A DNA stretch of 64,000 nt from NCBI GenBank assembly GCA_000091205.1, contig AP006492.2, one strand, 5' to 3'. The position numbers and the translations under genes are program-made. Numbering within the stretch: position 1 is the stretch's first letter; every line of letters begins with the position of its first letter. Of this stretch, positions 11,353 to 20,948 are shown one piece after another. The stretch is from Cyanidioschyzon merolae. Its lineage: Eukaryota. Under the pieces are notes generated by a model. The model was given only the letters and a program-made list of their open reading frames with translations, was not told the origin of the DNA and searched no databases.

Positions 11353-13368
11353 ATGTTCGTAGCAACCACGCCCTTGAAACTGCCGTTGGTTGGTTCCCAC
11401 GCTACGGTTGCAAGCAGGGGCCGGCGGTGTGCTTTCCTTGGCGACGCAGTGGTCAGCGTTGCTGCTGCGTCGCTCCGAGGCGAACGCTGTCGCGGACTAC
11501 CCATCGCCGGACGTTTGCACGTGCGCATGGGCTTGAATGCATCGAAACTTAAAAAACAGCAGCAACAACAGCAGGGCAAGAAGAAGAACAAAGTCTCAAC
11601 GAAACAAGAGGAGGCCTCCGATGCCCCAAGTCAGATTGACACGAACCGACGCGATTACATGTTCCAAATGCTTAGGGTCAGCAAAATCCTTCCTAATGGA
11701 AAACAAATTCTCAAAGACATTTCCCTCGCCTTCTTTCCGGGGGCTAAAATTGGTGTTGTAGGGCCCAACGGCGCCGGGAAGTCGACGTTGCTTCGTATCA
11801 TGGCCGGTGTGGATAAAGAGTTCGAAGGCGAGGCCCGTCCCATGCGTACCGCTTCCATCGGGTACCTGGCGCAGGAGCCTCAGCTCGATGATGGCGAGAC
11901 AGTTATGGATAATATCATGGCGGGCGTGAAAGAAATACGAGATAATTTGCACCGGTTGGAGACGCTGTCTCAGCGGCTAGCGGATCCCGCTTGCTCAGCA
12001 GCCGAGAAGCAGGAAATTGCCCAAGAGATCGACCAGGTTCAAGCCCAAATTGAAGCCGCTGATGGATACAACCTCGAGTCGATTTTGGAAAGGGCAATGG
12101 AGGCGCTTCGGGTTCCTGCTCCCGAGACGCCGGTTAAAATTCTTTCGGGCGGTGAGCGCCGACGGGTTGCACTCGTTCGTCTCTTGATTCGTCGCCCTGA
12201 TCTACTGCTCCTGGACGAACCAACAAATCACTTGGATGCAGAGTCCGTGTTGTGGCTCGAACAGTATTTGTCCAAGTATTACACGGGAACCGTTGTTGCA
12301 GTAACACATTCGCGCTCCTTCCTCGAAAACACCTGTGAATGGATCCTAGAGCTGGAAAACGGCCGCGGCATACCGCACCAAGGCAACTACTCCTCCTGGC
12401 TTGCCGCGAAACAGCTTCGTCTGGAGCAGGACAAAAAGGAGGCGGATGCGCGGCGACGACTCATTGACGCCGAGTTGGAGTGGATCCGAGCAACGCCCGC
12501 GGCTCGAATGACGAAGAACAAAGCGCGTATCGATCGCTTCGAGGAACTTTACCAAACGCAGCAAGAGACGGCGGAGAGTCGTTCGCAATCCCTTTCAATG
12601 AATCAGATTCGCATCCCCGTCGGGCCGTACCTAGGCGAGCAGGTCATCGAAGCCGAAGGTCTCTTCAAATGGTATGGAGATCGATGCCTTATCAGTGATG
12701 CGACGTTCTCGATCCCGCGCGGCTCAGTGGTCGGTATCATTGGTGGCAACGGTGCAGGCAAATCGACGCTCTTCCGCCTGATCACCGGACGGGAGCAGCC
12801 AAGCGCTGGCACCTTGCGCCTAGGCGAGACCGTCAAACTCATGTACGCTGATCAAGACCGAGAGACACTGGATCCCAACAAGACCGTATTTGAAGAGATC
12901 TGTGGCGACGCCCATGTCGATACAGTGACCCTGGGCAATCGCACATTGAATGCTCGGGCGTACTGCGCGTGGTTCAACTTCAGGGGCGCCGACCAACAGA
13001 AGAAAGTCGGCGTGCTGAGCGGTGGCGAGCGCAACCGCCTGAACTTGGCCAAAGCGATTTTGAACCGAGAACACGGCGGTGCAGGTAACGTGCTTCTGCT
13101 GGACGAGCCTGGCAACGACCTCGATACAGCCACGCTAGCGAATTTAGAGCAAGCAATTCTGGACTTTCCCGGTGTTGTTCTGGCGATCAGCCACGATCCG
13201 TGGTTTCTCAGCCGCGTCACCACCCACATTCTCGCGTTTGAAGGTGACTCGCAGGTGCGCTTCTTCGTGGGCGGTTTCGATGCCTATCAGGAGTACCGGC
13301 GGGCGCGCTTTGGTGATGAGTTTATCAATCCTACTCGTTTGAAATTCCGACCGCTACCCAAAATGTGA
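11353..13368 (+). CDS. ettA: ABC-F family ATPase of the bacterial EttA/YjjK type (translational throttle) with an N-terminal ~100-aa extension (putative organelle presequence plus Lys/Gln-rich linker)
   Basis: From 'MFQMLRVSKILPNGKQILKDISLAFFPGAKIGVVGPNGAGKSTLLRIMAGVDKEFEGEA' onward the protein is colinear with E. coli EttA along its length. It has two ABC cassettes with Walker A motifs GPNGAGKST and GGNGAGKST, signatures LSGGERRRVAL and LSGGERNRLNL, and Walker B motifs LLLLDEPTNHLD and LLLDEPGNDLD. The extension 'MFVATTPLKLPLVGSHATVASRGRRCAF...KLKKQQQQQQGKKKNK' is absent from bacterial EttA. Confidence 0.85.
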   Translation: MFVATTPLKLPLVGSHATVASRGRRCAFLGDAVVSVAAASLRGERCRGLPIAGRLHVRMGLNASKLKKQQQQQQGKKKNKVSTKQEEASDAPSQIDTNRRDYMFQMLRVSKILPNGKQILKDISLAFFPGAKIGVVGPNGAGKSTLLRIMAGVDKEFEGEARPMRTASIGYLAQEPQLDDGETVMDNIMAGVKEIRDNLHRLETLSQRLADPACSAAEKQEIAQEIDQVQAQIEAADGYNLESILERAMEALRVPAPETPVKILSGGERRRVALVRLLIRRPDLLLLDEPTNHLDAESVLWLEQYLSKYYTGTVVAVTHSRSFLENTCEWILELENGRGIPHQGNYSSWLAAKQLRLEQDKKEADARRRLIDAELEWIRATPAARMTKNKARIDRFEELYQTQQETAESRSQSLSMNQIRIPVGPYLGEQVIEAEGLFKWYGDRCLISDATFSIPRGSVVGIIGGNGAGKSTLFRLITGREQPSAGTLRLGETVKLMYADQDRETLDPNKTVFEEICGDAHVDTVTLGNRTLNARAYCAWFNFRGADQQKKVGVLSGGERNRLNLAKAILNREHGGAGNVLLLDEPGNDLDTATLANLEQAILDFPGVVLAISHDPWFLSRVTTHILAFEGDSQVRFFVGGFDAYQEYRRARFGDEFINPTRLKFRPLPKM

Positions 13369-14165
13369 AATGCGAGTTGTGCTCCACCGAATAGACGGCC
13401 ATAAGAGCAGCAGTATGAGAGCAGGCCCGCGCACGAAGAATGGTGTCTCCATGCGATGACGCTGGTGTATTCCTGCATGCGTCTAGCGCTGCAGCAATGC
13501 ATTCGCAAGCACCAGGTGTATCCTTCTAACTAGGGTTCAATGGCCGCACTTGTACCTTTGCTAACGATTGCCGTTGACTTTCACTGACGCGGTAACGCGC
13601 ACTCTAAACAGCAGATGACGTTCGCCGTCTACTGGAAAGGGGATACTCCCGCCGGCGCGACTGCCTCCGCAATGCGTTCATATTCAGAAAATGCGAAACG
13701 AGTGCGAACTTGCTCGCGAACGAGGCCATTGCATGCGCTCTATTTTCTCGAAAGAATTACTCGCACGATCCAAAAAGGGATCGGGGATTCTTTCCGCTGA
13801 GCGCGAGCACGAGCGAGCAGCGCTGCGGTTTGCCCTTCGCGCCCTCCACTTTCTATCGGTGGTCGTTTGAAGGACCCTGGGTCATGGTGCGTTGTTTTGG
13901 TGAACCCGCCTGACTCGACGACGCACGCGGCGTGCTAGCTTCGTGCCCACGGAAGAAGCTGTTTGCGGGGCTTGATCTCGGCTCTGTCAGGCAGTCATCA
14001 GGCATAGTCGTTCTGTCTTTTTGATGAAGAACAAGTTCAAAGAACTGGTGTGCCGCAAACCCCCTAAACAAGCTTGATTTTTTCTATGGATGCAATTGCT
14101 CTCATACGTGCAGAGATACGTTTGCTGGATGCATCTGCGAACATCATACAGAATCGTGGATGCGC

Positions 14166-15449
14166 TCAGAGTTTGCCGAGCGCGAGAAGTGCTTCAATAA
14201 TGCCAGCAGCACCCTTTTGTGATGCCTTCACCACCTGGCAACGATCTGGTGCGTTAAAGTTAACCGCCACGTCACCAGAAGCGCTTGGTAACAGAACCAG
14301 CGTTCCACGATTGGCGCGCTCGGCATTCGCAGAGCCCGTTGCACCAGGTTTGAGGTCCGTCCACTGGGATTTTCGAACGTCGGGTGCGAGCGCTTCGAGT
14401 GAGGCCACCGGATCGCTGGACTCAAACACCTGCACAGCATCCTGTAAGAGTGCACTGGATTCCGACCCTACCAGCACCAGGTCGGCGGTAGTTAGTCTCA
14501 TCATCAGCATGATGAACTGAAGGCACTTGCTCATTCTCGCTTCGTCTGGAATCAGGACCAGGTTTCCAGCCAGCGGTGAGACGATACATCGGGTAGCCTC
14601 AAACCCCATCTCTTTCATTTTGCCTTGCACAGACTCGATCAGATGTGCACGGTCAATGGCCTCGTCCGGGTCGCTTCGCCAGGAGTACTCGAGATACGCC
14701 ACTTCTCTTGCGGAAGGATCTGTTAGTAACTTGCGCTTACTCAGCAGTTTCTCATCAAATTCTGGCGTAAGCCATTTTTCAAATGACTCGCGCATCATCC
14801 AAGCGATCGGCTTGGGATCGAAACCAAGGCCGACAGCTGCCATTCGCTGTTCCCAGTACGGATCTGGTGCCACGTAGCCGCGTTGGTAGATCTCAGTGCC
14901 ACAGAGCGTGCAAAGCACGTCAGGCTCAGCCATGATGGGGAAACGCTCAAGAAGCTCCCGTGCTTCCTTGAGAGTTCCCTCAAAGAAATAAACCAGTACA
15001 ATCTGTTGCTTCGTTACTGAGACATGAACCCGTAGGCGTTCGAAAAAGTCAGCAAGGCTCGGATCCGGGCTCGGGCGCTCTTCGTCGTGGTTGTTCGCAC
15101 CGCCAGGGGTGTCTCCGAAGGGCACCATAGCGCCAAGCTCAATGCATAGGAGGCAGCGCCCTGTCCATGGCAATGACCTGGCCTCGGAAGAACCGTCGCT
15201 GGCTATCAGTTGCAAGGCGGACGCGCTCGCTCTCTTTCGCGGCTCAACTAGGCACTTCGCGCAACCATCCGTACCGACCGAAGGTCGCTGGAGCCAAGAT
15301 GCGCTGTTTGCAGGGAACGGCTTCGTCCAGCGCCTCGTTCGAGGTTCGACGTCTCGGTCAGTCCAGTAGTGTCCACTCTGCTTTGCACAAAACGGCGGAA
15401 CAAAGCCCCCTACGAGCTGTTGCGCAGGGCTCCAGCAAAGGCGAGTCAT
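14166..15449 (-). CDS. Sucrose-phosphatase-like HAD-IIB family protein; catalytic motif I appears degenerate (possible pseudo-phosphatase)
   Basis: C-terminal 'NAPDRCQVVKASQKGAAGIIEALLALG' matches the SPP cap/C-terminal signature (...ERCAAGIIQAIGHF.LG). 'PDVLCTLCGTEIYQRG' matches SPP 'PDITIMSVGTEITYG'. 'LVYFFEGTLKEARELLERFP' parallels 'LVFSTGRSPTLYKELRKEKP' (motif II). At the expected motif I position, SPP has 'RLMIVSDLDHTMV' and the ORF reads 'RCLLCIELGAMV'; the nucleophile Asp becomes Glu and the second Asp becomes Gly. The true start is uncertain; the first ~100 codons of the track ORF are low-complexity. Confidence 0.5.
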   Translation of the reverse strand: MTRLCWSPAQQLVGGFVPPFCAKQSGHYWTDRDVEPRTRRWTKPFPANSASWLQRPSVGTDGCAKCLVEPRKRASASALQLIASDGSSEARSLPWTGRCLLCIELGAMVPFGDTPGGANNHDEERPSPDPSLADFFERLRVHVSVTKQQIVLVYFFEGTLKEARELLERFPIMAEPDVLCTLCGTEIYQRGYVAPDPYWEQRMAAVGLGFDPKPIAWMMRESFEKWLTPEFDEKLLSKRKLLTDPSAREVAYLEYSWRSDPDEAIDRAHLIESVQGKMKEMGFEATRCIVSPLAGNLVLIPDEARMSKCLQFIMLMMRLTTADLVLVGSESSALLQDAVQVFESSDPVASLEALAPDVRKSQWTDLKPGATGSANAERANRGTLVLLPSASGDVAVNFNAPDRCQVVKASQKGAAGIIEALLALGKL

Positions 15450-16832
15450 TTGGGGAGTCCTTGACTACGACTCCCGACGCTGCCCGCCTGGAACGCTAGA
15501 GCGCCTCCGTGTGCCCTACGCAACGTTGCCTCGCACGGGTCCAGTGCTCGGCTGTGCTGTATGTGCTCAGACGCCAGGCACAGCAGGCGTCGCGTCCAAG
15601 GGTCCTCCCCGAGACCTCTGTAGCGTTTAAAGCTCAGTTTACCGAAGCGAAACAGACTTCGCAGCGATGGTGCCTATAACAGTGTTCAAAGAGACGCGTT
15701 TCCACCGTACCTGCAACGAGGTCGCATCCGACAACCTCCGTACATCCAGGGGAGTACTGACAAGCGCCTCCGTGTGCCGCACCGCGTCCCTAGCGTCGCG
15801 GCGATTTCTTTCGATGACAATGCGTTTCCGTGGATCAGGGATCCCGGCTTGCGGGATGGATGGGTATTGGCATTCGGGAGAGTTTCGATAATGCAGTGCA
15901 ATACTCCCGAGTTCCATGACCTGTTCTCGGGTGCACCGGTCGTTTTGTGGATTCTACGGTGCGCGGAGCAGCTGCATTACTGCACCCGCCTTGGTGCCTA
16001 AACCGCATGCGCGCATGCATCATGGTGAAAGAGCGGCTTTGCGGTACCAGTGGGAGCGTTGGCTCGAGGCGCTGGATCCATCAGTAGCAAGGCAGTGCCT
16101 GACGCAAAAGGGCGTCTTGCGAGCAACGCTCTCGCAGTGTATTCGCAAATGATGGCCTCGGTCACCGGCACTGCATGTCTTCGCGCGTTTGCAGCCGGTG
16201 AATATGCATGGAAATGGATGAGCGCGTATCTATCGATTTCTGGTGGGCCGAAACGTACACGATTTTCAGGGTACTCATCTATGCAGGCTTTCCAGTATAT
16301 TCTGAGAAGCTTTACAACGGGCGTGTTCTAGGTTTATGCTTTTGAGGTCATTAGGGAGCACGGAGTATCTAACACCCATTTGCAGAGCGGGAGGAGCGGA
16401 ACGTGGTGCACCTGTGTGTGTGCAGCTTTCGCCATTGGATCGAGATTTGTCGTTGCACCCAGATACGTAGCGCTGCTGCAGCGTTCTCTTTGATGACGTT
16501 AGGCGAATTCGCGCATCACGAGCGTGCTACTTATACCTGGAATGTCGTTGGCGGTGAACGACTTGTGCGCCGGCCGCGTCACTAACGCACTTTGCTGCTG
16601 CAGAACGTCACCTATACGCGCAGACGCTGCCTCCTCCTTGAATCTCTGGTCTATTTGCAGGAGTGACTCGGTGCGCTTGCTGCTCAGCACGCGTCGCTGG
16701 TGTCCGCCTCAACGATGCAGAAAGGACGCAGTTTGGACACTTCCTCTGACGTCTGAACACCGAGCGCTCTATCGAGGCACCATGGATCGCGGTCAAGCGC
16801 AACAGCTGCTTTCAGCATGTCATCGAGCGCAC

Positions 16833-17048
16833 GGACTGCTTCTCTCATGCTATGTCTATTCGGGTACATGAACGTTGTGTACACTTCATCCAACTGTGGA
16901 GTGTGCGGACTGCTTCTCTCATGCTATGATCATTCGGGTACATGAACGTTGTGTGCACTTCATCCAAGTGTGGAGTGTGCGGACTGCTCGTCGCAACCTG
17001 TGATCATTCGGGTATGTGAACAATGCGGCTACGTCATCCAAGTCAGCC
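16833..17048. repeat. Tandem repeat, ~74-bp unit x3, with the third copy diverged
   Basis: Unit: ggactgcttctctcatgctatgtctattcgggtacatgaacgttgtgtacacttcatccaactgtggagtgtgc. Copy 2 differs at a few positions and copy 3 is ~70% identical. The repeat lies ~420 bp upstream of the Asp-tRNA synthetase ATG. Overlapping track ORFs are artefacts of the repeat. Confidence 0.9.
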
Positions 17049-17469
17049 CATCCGTGTCCATGACCGAATGCTTGTGCGACTGTGACGAAGTCCGCCGCTG
17101 CGAACGCCTCCTCAGCTGGCACGACGCAAGACTTCACTCACGGGTGCGGCATCATGAACACGATCTCTGGATACCCATTCGGACTAGGCATATGAACGTC
17201 CGGGAGCGCGTTGATCACGCCGCACCTCATCTTCAAGTTCCATCTAAAATCAACAGCACTACCAACAACCATACTTTTCTTCAGTAGTACTGGATCGTTC
17301 ATTCGATCCTTTATGTGTGTCGAGCCTGGGATGAGCGTCGGTGGCACGCAGCCCCACTGGATCGGCGCAATGGACGACGACGACGACCGCAGCCCTCATC
17401 CACGCGCTTTCGCGAACGGCACGTCGTCGGCCTGCTCCGTAACACGGGCTCGTACACGTACGCCTTCTG

Positions 17470-19167
17470 GTGAGCATGGACGTTTCAGCTATCGCAGAAT
17501 CTGTACGTCGGAAACTGGATGAGCGGATCCCTCGTACAGAATGGACGGAAGAGGAGCGCACCTGGTACAAAGAAGATAAGAAACGGCGAAAGGAGGCGGA
17601 GGCAGCCCTGAAAAAGCACGTCGATCTCGAGGGAAACGTTCCGTCGCCCAGTGAAGAAGCGGTTCTCTCTGCGCAGCTAGAGTCCCTGAAAATGGACGCT
17701 GACGCGCCCGCGTTTGGCCGCTATACGTTAAAGGCGCTGACGACGAGCTCTTGTGGCGATGACTCTGTGCGACGCACCTGGGTAGAGGCTGGAACGCTGG
17801 GTGTCGCACATCCGGCGTGTGCCACGAACCAGGAGGTCTGGTTGAGGGGACGTGTTCAGACCGTGCGCGCCCAGGGCTCCAAGGTGGCCTTCTTGGTGCT
17901 TCGTCACCAGTACGCCACTGTGCAAGTAGTTCTCGTGGCTGACTCAGTACCATCCGTAACCCGTGACATGGTTCGCTGGCTGGCACGCTCCGGGGAAGTG
18001 ACCCCCGAAAGCGTTGTGGATATCTGCGGCATCTTGGTGCCTGCACAGGTCAAGTCGTGCACACAGAACGATGTCGAAGTTCACGCCCGACGCATTTATC
18101 TAGTGAGCCGGGCGCGAGTCCCGCTTCCGTTTGAAATCGCTGACGCTAGCAGGAGGGCGGATGAAGATGGCCCCCATGTACACCGGGACACTCGACTAGA
18201 CCACCGTTTTATGGATTTGCGAGTTCCAGCGCACCAGGCGATTTTGCGTTTGCAGTCCGGAGTTTCGACGCTATTTCGTGAATGGCTCGTTGCACATGGA
18301 TTTACGGAAATCCATACGCCCAAAATCATCGGTGGATCCAGCGAGGGTGGCGCAGAGGTATTCCGTCTACGCTACTTCGACGAAAATGCGTGTCTATCGC
18401 AATCGCCCCAGCTGTACAAGCAAATGGCGATTTGCGGAGACATGCGTCGAGTATTCGAAGTAGGGCCAGTCTTTCGAGCGGAGAACTCAAATACTTACCG
18501 CCACCTTACCGAATTTGTAGGTCTTGATATTGAAATGGAGATCCAGGAAAGCTATCACGAGATCCTGGACGTCCTCGAACAACTCTTTCAGCACATTTTC
18601 GAAGGTCTGGAGCAGCGCTTTGGGGCGGAGCTTTCTAGCATCCAGCGCCAATATCCGTTTCAACCGCTCCGTTATAAGCGAGGTCGCGGTCTCCGCTTAA
18701 CCCATCGCCAGGCAGTGGACCTGTTACGTGAGCACGGCGAGCAAGTCGACGATCTGGTCGACTTTACCAGCGAGCAGGAAAAGGCACTCGGCGAAATCGT
18801 GAGCAAGGAGTTTCAAACGGACTTTTATGTGATTGACCGGTTCCCCGCAAAGTGCCGTCCTTTTTATACAATGCCTTCGCCCGACGACTCGCGGTACAGC
18901 AACGCTTTCGATGTTTTCATGCGGGGCGAGGAAATCGTCTCGGGTGCACAGCGTATCCATGACGTCGACCTGCTCCGACAACGCATCACCGAGAAAGGCC
19001 TCGACCCCGCCACCTTGCAGAGCTACGTTGAAGCTTTTCAGTATGGAGTTTTTCCCCATGGCGGTGCTGGTATCGGTCTAGAAAGGGTGGTCATGCTGTA
19101 CCTAGGAATCGGAAACATTCGAGAGTGTTCGATGTTTCCTCGTGATCCGAAGCGCCTCTATCCTTGA
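17470..19167 (+). CDS. DARS1: Aspartate--tRNA ligase, cytosolic eukaryotic/archaeal type (class IIb)
   Basis: Lys/Glu-rich N-terminal helix, then an anticodon-binding OB fold. Class II motif 2 is 'FRAENSNTYRHLTEFVGLDIEMEI'. Motif 3 is 'GGAGIGLERVVMLYLGIGNIRECSMFPRDPKRLYP'; the C-terminal RDP.RL.P is typical of eukaryotic AspRS. The ORF is uninterrupted for 565 aa. Confidence 0.9.
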   Translation: MSMDVSAIAESVRRKLDERIPRTEWTEEERTWYKEDKKRRKEAEAALKKHVDLEGNVPSPSEEAVLSAQLESLKMDADAPAFGRYTLKALTTSSCGDDSVRRTWVEAGTLGVAHPACATNQEVWLRGRVQTVRAQGSKVAFLVLRHQYATVQVVLVADSVPSVTRDMVRWLARSGEVTPESVVDICGILVPAQVKSCTQNDVEVHARRIYLVSRARVPLPFEIADASRRADEDGPHVHRDTRLDHRFMDLRVPAHQAILRLQSGVSTLFREWLVAHGFTEIHTPKIIGGSSEGGAEVFRLRYFDENACLSQSPQLYKQMAICGDMRRVFEVGPVFRAENSNTYRHLTEFVGLDIEMEIQESYHEILDVLEQLFQHIFEGLEQRFGAELSSIQRQYPFQPLRYKRGRGLRLTHRQAVDLLREHGEQVDDLVDFTSEQEKALGEIVSKEFQTDFYVIDRFPAKCRPFYTMPSPDDSRYSNAFDVFMRGEEIVSGAQRIHDVDLLRQRITEKGLDPATLQSYVEAFQYGVFPHGGAGIGLERVVMLYLGIGNIRECSMFPRDPKRLYP

Positions 19168-20948
19168 ACGAGCTGAATGTCACACTTGGATACGTCCGAG
19201 CGCACCCCGATTGGTGAGGCATTCGTGTGTGCGGCCTGGATGCGGTGCAGGAAGCGCTTTAAACGTACCGCTGTTCGAATATGCGGTCACTGTCATCGAC
19301 TCGGAATGTAGCGCTGCCGTTGGTAGCACGGATCGCTACAGCGTTTAGCGCAATTGCTTCGCTTGACGTTCAAAGCCGTCCCACAGAAAACAGTGCTAAT
19401 TCGAAGATCGCAGGCACAGGAGAGGAAGCTTTTCAGAGCGTGCGCGAGAAGAGCAAATTCTGCCTAGATTGATTCCAGTCCTTGTCGTGGTAGAGTCTCG
19501 AATAGCGCTCGGACTGCTGTGCACATTGTGTCCACAAGCAACGCTTCATAAAAGCCGAGTCAGTTCCGAGCACCTCACTCGCACGTATTGTGCGTGAGGT
19601 GGTTATCAGCGCGTTGGGCCAAGTTGAAAAGTCTGGCGGAGGTCGCTCGACTCCATGGGGTCAGGGGTTTTCGTGGCCGTCCATGTCCACCACTGCAGGT
19701 ACCCGTGCAACGCCGCATTGCATAGACATTGATTGTTCCGGTTTTGTGATGTTACATGGAACGTTCCAGTAGAACGGTACGAGTACACGGGCCGCTTCAA
19801 GGTGAAGGGAATCACCGCTTACCGACGAGTTTGGTCCGTGGCCAACTGAGTGAACGGGTGCCGCACACTGCACGCGTGTTCAGCGTCATGTGCCCTGTAG
19901 TACGGCACTGTGCAGACTTGAGCGCATGTGTGCAGTTTTTATCCAGTGCCGAAGTTTGAACGTCTCCATTACGAGCTCGATGGTGCGCGAAACCGCACCG
20001 TTGAGAAGCTGGTGCTTCCTGCCCTGCGGCGAGCTGCCTTCATCTACTTGATACAAGTACTATGCTGCTGTCGAGTACAGCTTTATGGATGATTGGAAGA
20101 GAGGAGCTTATTTCTTTCAAATGGACTCGTTAATCGTACTACGTGACAAGTACAGTGAGGTTCTCGATGAGCTTGTCAGCAAGTTGGCAAGAGACGACAT
20201 TGCGTATTCGCTTCCTTGTTAGAATAGCAGCCCGCATTGCTGCGTTCACTTGTCCCATGGACACAGGAAGATCGGAAACTTGAAGCTTGCGTGATTTAAG
20301 CGCGTGAAATGTTAGCAAAGGAGAAGTGTGGATGCTTGTACGTATACATTGGGTAATGATATCGGTTATGTAACGAACGCTGATTCGTATGCGTCGTGAA
20401 TGAACTCGATTCCTTTGCCGTAGCGAATACCAGCGGCAAATACTCTATGGAGATACTCGGAAAACAAGACCAAGCATCGTAAACCTACACATCGATCCAC
20501 AAGCGCTTGTCGCTGCATTTGGCATGTCGAGGCTGTGCATCTGAAAATTTCCGAAAGACATCGACAAGGCAGGAAAAGAGCGAGTACTTCAGTGTCCCAT
20601 GTCAGGTTGACGTGGGTGTAGCGCACCTTCATATAATAAGGTAATCTTTGTTCCAGTCGCTGATAAACCAGAGACACCTGCGCTCATGAGAGAATCGAGT
20701 GAGCGACTTGGTAGCCCTCAATGACTATGAGCGATTTTTTGCGTATCGTATGGTTTTTACGGAACAAGAACCCCGCTGCCGATCATATGATTGACGCATT
20801 GTCGTTCTGCGGATCGTTGGTCTCCACAAGAAACACGCGGAAACCGGGATACGTGCACAGGTGCAGTGTTTCACCATGGCGGCCGAAAGTTGAGCCCACA
20901 ACGAGCTCTATACGCTACTGTGTTTCAATCGCTCGTTCTGGCTCCGTG

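Noticed and set aside
17489-18046. 185-aa ORF antisense to Asp-tRNA synthetase, and 1185..1742 antisense to GET4
   Set aside because: These are antisense shadows of confident genes. Their Arg/Pro-rich composition is typical of non-coding frames in GC-rich DNA.
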